IMG/VR virus record: IMGVR_UViG_3300030329_001639
Location: 1 to 47,374 of that record
DNA length: 47,374 nt
Source of the DNA: a virus
Lineage: Duplodnaviria > Caudoviricetes
Strand: one strand, 5' to 3'
Position numbers and translations under genes: made by a program. The notes beneath the pieces were generated by a model, which had not been told where the DNA came from, did not search any database, and saw only the letters and a list, made by a program, of their open reading frames with translations. Shown piece after piece: positions 29,528 through 36,737 of this stretch; within the stretch, counting starts at the first letter, position 1, and each line of letters opens with the position of its first letter.

Positions 29528-29950
29528 TTATTTTAAATGCAAGAGTGGCGCACTATCAGGAGGCACAATGTACTGGACCCACTTTTTTGGGTCGTGTTTA
29601 TGCCTGAACCAATCCCTTAGCCCGGCGTCGGAAAGGCTAACGCTGTCATGCGACGTTCCACCTCGGACGCAGGTCTGTGTGTGTTGGTACAACCAATTTT
29701 GCGGATCTTTCATACCCTTCTTAATCGCATCTCGGAAAGCCGCGTTATGATCTCGAATGTACGTAGAAAATCTCGCATTGAGCCAGTTTTGAGAATCTTT
29801 AGTTTCCATTTGCCTTTTTTTCTTTCCTCCCTTGTGTAATACAATCTGCGCTGTATTCCATAACTCTAGTATTCCGACTCGCTGTGCCTCGTGGTAAGTA
29901 TAATTTCTAGTCAATAATAACGCTTCGCCTCGGTTCACTGAATATGCCAC
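29528..29950 (-). CDS. Hypothetical early protein
   Basis: AFRDAIKKG...WLYQHT...DWFRH. True start is uncertain. Confidence 0.5.
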   Translation of the reverse strand: MAYSVNRGEALLLTRNYTYHEAQRVGILELWNTAQIVLHKGGKKKRQMETKDSQNWLNARFSTYIRDHNAAFRDAIKKGMKDPQNWLYQHTQTCVRGGTSHDSVSLSDAGLRDWFRHKHDPKKWVQYIVPPDSAPLLHLK

Positions 29951-30111
29951 TCAAACAGTCGCATAAAATTCCCCTGCTTAGAGTTAGACTTGGGTCGTAC
30001 AAGATATTGTACGTCAAACAATTCACCACGCACATCTTCAATCGTCACGGCCTGATCCAACTCTTCCTCAGAGAAGGTGCCCAGTTCTTTCAATAATTCT
30101 AGATATGTCAT
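29935..30111 (-). CDS. Hypothetical early protein
   Basis: GGAGGTG RBS. Begins MTYLELLKELGTFSEEELDQAVTI. Confidence 0.6.
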   Translation of the reverse strand: MTYLELLKELGTFSEEELDQAVTIEDVRGELFDVQYLVRPKSNSKQGNFMRLFEWHIQ

Positions 30112-30253
30112 TCTCAACACCTCCTGTTGTCCTAAACCACAAGCGGCGGGTACGAGAGGGAACAATCTCATACCCGCCACCTGCTAGCTCATTAGAATTT
30201 ATTACGCCAAAGAAGGCACAAACGCAACAAATTCTAACTTTACAGCAAGAAAG

Positions 30254-31171
30254 TTACGCGGCGAGTGAGGAGCTAAACTGCCGCTCGAACACATCGTACT
30301 CGACGAGGTTCTTGAATGCAGGCCCCCGCACAAGGGCCGTCACATTCCTCTCTTGCTGGAGCGCACGTTGACCTACGTCAGTAGTTTGGCGGCCACTGTC
30401 AGTGTCAACGTGGGTTCCGTAGTGGGTGAGTGTATTATAAAACGCATATCCATTATCTCCAATGCTGGCACGATACGAATCGTGAGTCGCCATCATGCGG
30501 TTAAGCCATTTTTCATTTGTCTTAACCTTAGTTCGCGTTCTAGTAAAGCACAAATTCTTAGCTAGAAAGGTTTGGGCGGTTTCCACAGACACTGGAACTT
30601 GTCTCATATGATTGAACAAGTGGGCATCTTGTTCCAGTGCAAGCGGCCACTCGCTCGCCACTTTTCCAATCCGCTCTGGGTCCGTGCCTGCTGTATGCAT
30701 AAAGCGAGCACTCGTACTTTCGCTCACCCGTGTCATGCCGTTGAGACACGCCAGCCTAAGAATCCGGGCACTAACTTCGTATTTGGTAGTGCCGTCCACA
30801 GAGTTTCGTACTCTCAATGCCAGTGCAGTAGGCTCGCCCACAATTTTGTCGTAGTTGTAATTCTTGAGAGTAATGTCTGCCAGCATGGCAGCACCATCCC
30901 GAACACTACGGAACGTAGCTGTGGCTTCACTTAGGTCTAACTCCGACGCACACAGTCCATCGATCAACGGCTCCCACAGGGCAGAGTAGGGCTGGGGAGT
31001 ATAGCGGGACTTTACGATGCCCAGTACATCGTTTGTATCTGCCCGCACAATTTTCTGCCCGATAGTAGGTGGAAGAGCCGTGCCCTCATGTTCGATGGGC
31101 CGGAGAACCGGATCGAAATCCAACTCCGGGGGCAGTGCGAGTCTATTTAGCTGTTCTGTGGTGTACATCAC
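30254..31171 (-). CDS. DUF932-family protein
   Basis: VRADTNDVLGIVKSRY, RNSVDG, RLACLNGM, and YAFYNTLTHYGTH. Confidence 0.8.
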   Translation of the reverse strand: MMYTTEQLNRLALPPELDFDPVLRPIEHEGTALPPTIGQKIVRADTNDVLGIVKSRYTPQPYSALWEPLIDGLCASELDLSEATATFRSVRDGAAMLADITLKNYNYDKIVGEPTALALRVRNSVDGTTKYEVSARILRLACLNGMTRVSESTSARFMHTAGTDPERIGKVASEWPLALEQDAHLFNHMRQVPVSVETAQTFLAKNLCFTRTRTKVKTNEKWLNRMMATHDSYRASIGDNGYAFYNTLTHYGTHVDTDSGRQTTDVGQRALQQERNVTALVRGPAFKNLVEYDVFERQFSSSLAA

Positions 31172-31581
31172 TTGCTCCTTTCTGTACCGAAGTAGTTTGT
31201 TGCGGGGTAGCCACGCCGGGCTCGGATAACATTTACAGCCAAGGTGTCGGTCACTTGAAAAATGGTAGCTCGCTCATCCAAAACACTCGCTGGGGCTCTT
31301 AGCAAGCACTCGGCCACCGACCGCCATGTTATTACCTCGGTAAACTCCGTCTTGAATAGCTCATTGATGGGCTTTCCTAAAATTTGAGATATGTTCGTTG
31401 CTAATTCTAATGAGGGCTTAGATTCCCCGCGAGCATAGCGCCGGAGTGCCGCGCCTGACTTTCCTACAAGTCTCGCTAATTCTGCCCCGGTGATGCCCTG
31501 TCGGTCCATCTCCATTTTAAGAAGAGTTTTGCCCGTCACCGGGTCTCTATACTCCCCGGTTTGCTGCTTACGGTCGGACAT
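31168..31581 (-). CDS. XRE/Cro-CI family HTH transcriptional regulator
   Basis: GITGAELARLVGKSGAALRRYARGESKPSLELATNISQILG...ELF. Confidence 0.85.
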   Translation of the reverse strand: MSDRKQQTGEYRDPVTGKTLLKMEMDRQGITGAELARLVGKSGAALRRYARGESKPSLELATNISQILGKPINELFKTEFTEVITWRSVAECLLRAPASVLDERATIFQVTDTLAVNVIRARRGYPATNYFGTERSK

Positions 31582-31715
31582 AATTATTTGCTCCTATAAA
31601 TTTGTGCGTTTATTGCAGACAGCCGCAGATTGTGTTCACGACAGCGGCTGCCACGACGTAACCAAGATAGCTAATCATAACACCAAACAGCAGCCAGTGT
31701 AAATACAAAATTTCC

Positions 31716-32222
31716 TCATGTTGTTTGAATATTCCACCAGTCAGGAGCCGGAGTGCCCTTGTCCCATTTGGCAAAGCGTACTTTATCACCTTTGTAATAA
31801 CTTCGATAGGCATCTATAGGATTAACTGCCTTGTATTCTTCGGGCATACATTGTGGGTGAGCAATAAATCGAGACGCCTCATTGTCCATGATAAAGGGCA
31901 GCAACCAGATACGGGAAAATGGCTTTACCGCTTCAATCACCTTCTGGCATTTGTGGACTCTGGCGTATCGCTTTGTGTACTCCTTACACAACGCCATACC
32001 ATGTCGCCACAACCAATTGTAGTTAGGATTATTCTCACCGGCCCACACTGTGCACGGGTGGTTTTTATATGCCTCTTCGTATGGCACTTTGTCACCATAC
32101 CCGTATCTATGCCATACCGAACAAAGCATTTGGGCCGTTTCTAGTGGCATCTTAACAATGTGCTTGTCGCACAAAGATTGTGCGGCGATTACAGGGTCCG
32201 CGTGGACTGTGAATATGTTCAC
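31716..32222 (-). CDS. Pyrimidine-dimer DNA glycosylase/endonuclease V-like protein
   Basis: MNIF...CDKHIVKMPLETAQML...NHPCTVWA...NYNWL...EYTKRY...AYRSYY. Confidence 0.75.
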   Translation of the reverse strand: MNIFTVHADPVIAAQSLCDKHIVKMPLETAQMLCSVWHRYGYGDKVPYEEAYKNHPCTVWAGENNPNYNWLWRHGMALCKEYTKRYARVHKCQKVIEAVKPFSRIWLLPFIMDNEASRFIAHPQCMPEEYKAVNPIDAYRSYYKGDKVRFAKWDKGTPAPDWWNIQTT

Positions 32223-32413
32223 TTGTCCCCCTCCTTATCTACAATGTAGAAAGCGTCTGCAATCTCCGACCGGCCTACAACCAGTCCACCTCGCCGCTCG
32301 ATTCCTACTATGAGCCTATATCTGTCTGATTGAGACGCAGGATAGATTGAGTTGAGTGCTCCACTTGGTTTTGGGTAATAACATATTTTATAGCTCGGAT
32401 CGTAATATTCCAT
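32219..32413 (-). CDS. Hypothetical early protein
   Basis: AAGGA RBS. Fills the gap. Confidence 0.5.
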   Translation of the reverse strand: MEYYDPSYKICYYPKPSGALNSIYPASQSDRYRLIVGIERRGGLVVGRSEIADAFYIVDKEGDK

Positions 32414-32445
32414 GGTTTTGGTCCTTGGTTGTGTGTGCGGTTGTG

Positions 32446-33168
32446 TTAGGCATATTTAGCCCCGGAGCCGTGGGCCACGATAGCAACCGACTTCGCTTGT
32501 ATCAATGCCCCGGCACATAGGCCACAGCTAGCGCAGTTTGTGCGTTGCCCGGCCTCTTTGCTAGCTGGGCATAATATTTCCTTTCCGGCTTGGACTTCGC
32601 TCACTTGCTTAACGACACGGAACGTCCGCCAATTCTTAAGCCATGCCTGCTCGGCTTCGATTAAACTATCCGCCGATACCATAACCTGTTCTGGATTGAA
32701 TGAACCCGTTTGTTGGTGACTGTAGCCCGTATGGCCTGAAGCTTTCGCCAGCAGATTGTCCCATACATACTGCGGCACCGCTGCCGGATCACCGTATGAA
32801 CCCAGCCGAACCTTGCGCCCCGAACCCAACGCCACAATGGCTGCGCGGTCGTTCGCTACGGCATAGCGGCCCCGGTGGTAGGTTCGCCAAACATTCAATG
32901 GCGCGTGATGTATGGCAACGTAACAGGTCCGTTCCTTTGCAACCGCCCTGTTAGCATCAGCGTGCGCCGTGCCCCGGTGTTTACAGTTGCCGCAAATAGA
33001 ATAGTCCGCGCCGCTCTTGTTTGCTTCGCGGGGGTCTATGTCTTCCCGCAAGATCCACGTTTGTAACATGTCTCCGGTCTTGCTGTTGCTGCTATCTTTA
33101 TTGTAGCCAGTCGCAATGACTACGATAGGTTGCCCGTCTAGTTCTGAGGCTCCTTTGTAAATAATCAT
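32446..33168 (-). CDS. Conserved Cys-rich phage protein (possible Fe-S/Zn enzyme)
   Basis: NSKTGDMLQTWIL, ICGNCKHR, CYV, RLGSYGDP, TGYSHQ, and CPAS...CASCGLC. Confidence 0.7.
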   Translation of the reverse strand: MIIYKGASELDGQPIVVIATGYNKDSSNSKTGDMLQTWILREDIDPREANKSGADYSICGNCKHRGTAHADANRAVAKERTCYVAIHHAPLNVWRTYHRGRYAVANDRAAIVALGSGRKVRLGSYGDPAAVPQYVWDNLLAKASGHTGYSHQQTGSFNPEQVMVSADSLIEAEQAWLKNWRTFRVVKQVSEVQAGKEILCPASKEAGQRTNCASCGLCAGALIQAKSVAIVAHGSGAKYA

Positions 33169-33211
33169 TTGTTGTGCTCCAATTGTTGTGCGTTTGTTTT
33201 AACTAACTTCC

Positions 33212-33262
33212 AAACCCCGCCACGCCGGGAGGAGGTTAAGCGCGGCGAGGAATGGGAGGCAG
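33212..33262 (-). ncRNA. GC-rich hairpin with a CCUCCUCCC loop (cuckoo-like sRNA or terminator)
   Basis: 11-bp stem (33240-33250 with 33215-33225), loop UUAACCUCCUCCCG, followed by UUU. Confidence 0.55.
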
Positions 33263-33264
33263 TC

Positions 33265-33684
33265 CTATTGGATGTGCTTTTCGAAAGTGTCAAGAATCCA
33301 CCGGGCCATTTTGTACGCTTGGCCGTGCTTCACACTATATGACACGTCCCACTTATCTTTGTAGGTTCCGTCCGGGATGTCTGCGAAAGTGGGCGGGTTT
33401 AGGTTCCCCTCTATGTGTTTTATTAAATCAGTTTGAAACTCAACGGCCACAATGCTATCGGAATTTCGGTGCTCATACCATGCCACGTGCCAAGCTTTCT
33501 TGCTGGGCGTGTTGGGATTGAAGTAGGATAAGACATACCCCCGTTCTCTTCCGTTGTACCACTCGGCTATACTGAGGCGGTCTAGTATCTCTGAGTTTAT
33601 ATGATTCCAAGGCTTTTGCTTTAGAAGCGGCTCCAGATAGCACCGAACGGCTTGGGCTTGCGGATTGATTCTGCTAAACGTCAT
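33265..33684 (-). CDS. Hypothetical early protein
   Basis: WYNGRERGY...WYEHRNSDSI. Coupled by TAATG. Confidence 0.65.
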   Translation of the reverse strand: MTFSRINPQAQAVRCYLEPLLKQKPWNHINSEILDRLSIAEWYNGRERGYVLSYFNPNTPSKKAWHVAWYEHRNSDSIVAVEFQTDLIKHIEGNLNPPTFADIPDGTYKDKWDVSYSVKHGQAYKMARWILDTFEKHIQ

Positions 33685-33791
33685 TAGTCGTCCCCTTTTA
33701 ATATGTCCCGCAGATTCGCCCAACTAAGATAAAGGCCCGGGGCGATTAGAGTTATTCCAATTCCCAGAAATATTACTTCAATGGTGGACAT
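33684..33791 (-). CDS. 35-aa membrane peptide, first gene of the early operon
   Basis: GGAG RBS. Translates to MSTIEVIFLGIGITLIAPGLYLSWANLRDILKGDD. Confidence 0.55.
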   Translation of the reverse strand: MSTIEVIFLGIGITLIAPGLYLSWANLRDILKGDD

Positions 33792-33833
33792 TGGCTTCTG
33801 CTCCGGTTGTTTGTTTGTGCGTTCGTTGTGCGT

Positions 33834-33862
33834 GTTATATCCACTGGCGGGCACGGCGTCAA
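33834..33862 (-). promoter_or_regulatory. Early sigma70 promoter
   Basis: Minus strand reads TTGACG-N17-TATAAC, with an upstream T-tract. Confidence 0.8.
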
Positions 33863-34366
33863 GATAAAAGTTTGGAGACAACAAAAAAAAAATAGAAGAG
33901 GGCACCCTACCCTATGGGGGTGGTGGTTTCTGTGACAAGTAGCATAGGGGTATGGACTGCCTTGCCGCTTTTCGCTCGCTCACGACTTGCCCGGCTTTGG
34001 GACACTGGGCCGAATAAGCTGATCCAGTATCAGTTGACCTTTGCATTTATAAAGACTCGGGCCCGCAGAAAAGCGCCAAAAAACCACACACAGCCGCCCG
34101 CAGACAGACTATTTACTGCGGATTTTCACTGCTCCCCTGACACACATACGAATAAAGACTAATACCGGCGCGTGGGCCACGGGGGGTGTACTGGTTACTA
34201 TATACACACTAATACACAGATCAGGAAAATAGCTTGGTAACCACAAAATAAACTGATAAGGGCTAGAGTTGCAATTACTATATAAACATATCTTTATATA
34301 GCAGGGAAGATGCCCCAGATTTTCTGAGAGTCACAAACCTATGAAGCAGAGATATGCATTTTTTTC

Positions 34367-34395
34367 TTGACAAGCATATCCAAAGTGTGTATAAT
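34367..34395 (+). promoter_or_regulatory. Consensus sigma70 promoter
   Basis: Exact TTGACA-N17-TATAAT. Confidence 0.85.
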
Positions 34396-34413
34396 GGAGT
34401 CATTAAAGACGCC

Positions 34414-34548
34414 CATAAGCATATGTAACATTAGCTAGTGTTACATAAGCAAGTGTTACACTAGTAGTAATACATTAAATAATAAAAAATCACTAGTAAG
34501 TGTAATACTAGCTAATGATACATTAGCTAATGTAACATAAGCCTATGT
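34414..34548. repeat. AT-rich cluster of palindromes and short direct repeats (candidate origin)
   Basis: TATGTAACA-TTAGCTAG-TGTTACATA (34422-34447), perfect palindrome TACATTAGCTAATGTA (34519-34534), and three copies of CATAAGC. Confidence 0.7.
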
Positions 34549-34589
34549 AGAGAAATTGTTTCTTTTTTAATCTTTAGGAATATTTGTAC

Positions 34590-34982
34590 ATGAAGGCTAA
34601 ATCTGTAGGACAAAGTCTGTCCGAGTTTCACTGTACGTTTAACTTTCCACAGGATGTGCCGTGGTTTGTAGATGGGCAACCGAAAACATTAGCTTTGCGG
34701 AAAAAGTTAATAGAAGAGGAAGTGTCAGAGCTACTGGAAGCTTTAACCGAAAACAATAAAGCGGACATTCTCAAAGAACTAGTCGATGTAGTAGTTGTAT
34801 GTGTTGGGTTAGCTGACACTTACGGGTGGGACTTCGATGAAGCATTTGCCCGTGTACATCGATCTAACATGTCCAAAGTAGGTAAAGACGGTAAACCTCT
34901 GTACAGAGAAGATGGTAAGCTTCTCAAAGGCGATCAATATGCCCCACCGTATTTGGGGGATTTAGTAGGGACACTTACATAA
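34590..34982 (+). CDS. MazG-like NTP pyrophosphohydrolase
   Basis: LIEEEVSEL...KELVD...VHRSNMSK...DGKPLYREDGKLLKG. Confidence 0.88.
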   Translation: MKAKSVGQSLSEFHCTFNFPQDVPWFVDGQPKTLALRKKLIEEEVSELLEALTENNKADILKELVDVVVVCVGLADTYGWDFDEAFARVHRSNMSKVGKDGKPLYREDGKLLKGDQYAPPYLGDLVGTLT

Positions 34983-35007
34983 ATGTAAGTTTTTTGTATT
35001 TTTTTAC

Positions 35008-35035
35008 TTGACAATGAAGAAAAATAAGTTAAAAT
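35008..35035 (+). promoter_or_regulatory. Putative sigma70 promoter upstream of pqqA
   Basis: TTGACA-N16-TAAAAT, preceded by the same GTATTTTTT(T)AC tract as the capsid promoter. Confidence 0.55.
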
Positions 35036-35217
35036 GGTATAACGATCTGACTCTTGAAAATTTTTACAAAAGTCTGTCTAATTATCAAGAGCACATACGA
35101 CTCCCTCATTATGATGTAGTTTATGTTCGTGCTGCAATCGCAGCAGCAACGGGTAAAAATTTTACTTACGAGCAAGTACACGCCGCCATGAAAGCCGAGG
35201 GATGGAATAAAGATTGA
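35014..35217 (+). CDS. Small hypothetical protein
   Basis: LENFY...LPHYDVVYVRAAI...MKAEGW. Confidence 0.55.
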   Translation: MKKNKLKWYNDLTLENFYKSLSNYQEHIRLPHYDVVYVRAAIAAATGKNFTYEQVHAAMKAEGWNKD

Positions 35218-35249
35218 CCTTTCGTGGCTTATTTTAAGGAGTAAATGTA

Positions 35250-35327
35250 ATGAAGTGGAATACCCCAAAGATTGCTGAGATCGCTGTAGGTATGGAAATC
35301 AATTGCTACGCTTGCGCCGAACTCTAA
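35250..35327 (+). CDS. pqqA: Pyrroloquinoline quinone precursor peptide PqqA (25 aa, not in ORF track)
   Basis: Translates to MKWNTPKIAEIAVGMEINCYACAEL, with W-x-x-P and the G-x-E-x-x-x-Y core. AAGGAG RBS at 35236-35241. Confidence 0.9.
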   Translation: MKWNTPKIAEIAVGMEINCYACAEL

Positions 35328-35359
35328 ATTACAAACTAGGAGAAACTTGAGATCAACGA

Positions 35360-35545
35360 GTGATGATTAAAAAAATAATAAACATCACAATCTGGGCTGT
35401 CAAAACGGATCTTGTGTATAAGCTCGAAGATTTAGCAAATGCTAAAGCAGCTTTCTATTCGTTTTGTACAAAAGTACTGAAGAAAATTAAAAACCGTGTC
35501 ACGTCTATGGTACGGTTTCTGAAAAATTGGCCCAGAAAGACTTGA
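35360..35545 (+). CDS. Hypothetical basic protein
   Basis: GGAG upstream. Fills the gap. Confidence 0.4.
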   Translation: MMIKKIINITIWAVKTDLVYKLEDLANAKAAFYSFCTKVLKKIKNRVTSMVRFLKNWPRKT

Positions 35546-35558
35546 CTATGTAACAAGA

Positions 35559-35927
35559 ATGAAGAAACGATTTGGCATAGCCAAGTTCTATTTTATTCTA
35601 ATTTTAGGATTAGTGGGGATTTCGGCTGTTAGTGTCACTGCATTAGCAGTCGAAAGACCTACACAACCACAGCCACAAGAAGTTTGGCTAATGTCTGTTT
35701 ATATCTGTAAAGATTTTCCCCCAAATGTGGAATCTGCTATTCGTCGTGGGGTTATTATAATACCGAAACACTTACAGTGTAGATGGCTAGCAGTAGGCCA
35801 AAACAATCCGTTTACGAAAGCTAATGAATTGGCAGTGTGGTCAACATTAGAGGATTGCCAAGCCGAACTCATTGAGGCCCCGGAGGGTTTTAGAATTAAA
35901 GAGAAAAGATGCCAGAGGGTTCAATAA
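35559..35927 (+). CDS. Putative exported protein (signal peptide, 4 Cys)
   Basis: Basic N-terminus, hydrophobic core and an ALA cleavage motif. Confidence 0.6.
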   Translation: MKKRFGIAKFYFILILGLVGISAVSVTALAVERPTQPQPQEVWLMSVYICKDFPPNVESAIRRGVIIIPKHLQCRWLAVGQNNPFTKANELAVWSTLEDCQAELIEAPEGFRIKEKRCQRVQ

Positions 35928-35936
35928 GCATGGGGC

Positions 35937-36329
35937 ATGGAGATAACAAAAGTAAATCTAATTCCAGTACGACAAGTGTCTAAAAGTGAAGTTCGTGAAA
36001 CGAGAGATGCACCCCCAAACGTAAAAGACCAGCAGAATGTTAGGAACACGGAATCTACATCAATAAAGCGCGTTGAGGAAACTCCGCCTGTATTTGATAT
36101 TGGCTATTGGGATTTAGTATTTAGTATAATGAACGATAGTTCAAAGAGATCAAGAGAGTTTATCGAGCTAACCAAAGCTCGGATTAGAGATCAGTTAGCG
36201 ATGCGTATGTTGAAGCTAACTCCGTCTGGACAGAAGTTGATGTTCTCGCAAGATTCAAAGGATCAGGAGACATTGTTGAATAGCGTAACTAGTCTGGGCG
36301 ATAGAAGCCCATACGTTGGGATTAAATAG
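35937..36329 (+). CDS. Hypothetical protein
   Basis: 130-aa ORF in operon orientation. Confidence 0.55.
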   Translation: MEITKVNLIPVRQVSKSEVRETRDAPPNVKDQQNVRNTESTSIKRVEETPPVFDIGYWDLVFSIMNDSSKRSREFIELTKARIRDQLAMRMLKLTPSGQKLMFSQDSKDQETLLNSVTSLGDRSPYVGIK

Positions 36330-36346
36330 GACAAGGAGCATAGCGA

Positions 36347-36538
36347 ATGCCAACACATACACCGGAACATAAAGCACGAATGATGATGAAGCGAAAAACA
36401 GCAGCACCTAAGATGGCAATGGGTGGTATGTACGGAAAGAAGCCTGAGATGATGAAGGGTGGAAAGTATAAAGGAAAGATGCACTCGTACTTAGGTGGTG
36501 GCATGGTGCGTGACCTTGAAACTCTAAGGAGAAAGTAA
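36347..36538 (+). CDS. Small Lys/Met/Gly-rich protein
   Basis: AAGGAG RBS. Three (M/Y)xxGG repeats. Confidence 0.65.
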   Translation: MPTHTPEHKARMMMKRKTAAPKMAMGGMYGKKPEMMKGGKYKGKMHSYLGGGMVRDLETLRRK

Positions 36539-36735
36539 TGCCCAGTGTCCATTTTCCATATACGAAAGCGGGTAGAGAGAAAGCAAAAGCCGCTGCTAAA
36601 GAATTTGGTGGTAGGTATGTGGACGATAAGAAAGAAGATCACGGTATGAGTGTGATGATTGCTGTTGGAGCCGCACCAAAGAAAGCAGCAACAAAAAAGA
36701 CTACAAAGGGAACTCGTCGTAAAAAGAAAGCTTAG
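36538..36735 (+). CDS. Small basic protein
   Basis: HFPYTKAG...AK motif and a Lys-rich tail. Coupled by TAATG. Confidence 0.65.
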   Translation: MPSVHFPYTKAGREKAKAAAKEFGGRYVDDKKEDHGMSVMIAVGAAPKKAATKKTTKGTRRKKKA

Positions 36736-36737
36736 GA

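Noticed and set aside
33914-34162. 82-aa ORF in the control region
   Set aside because: No recognisable motifs or convincing RBS. It lies between divergent promoters and is probably non-coding.
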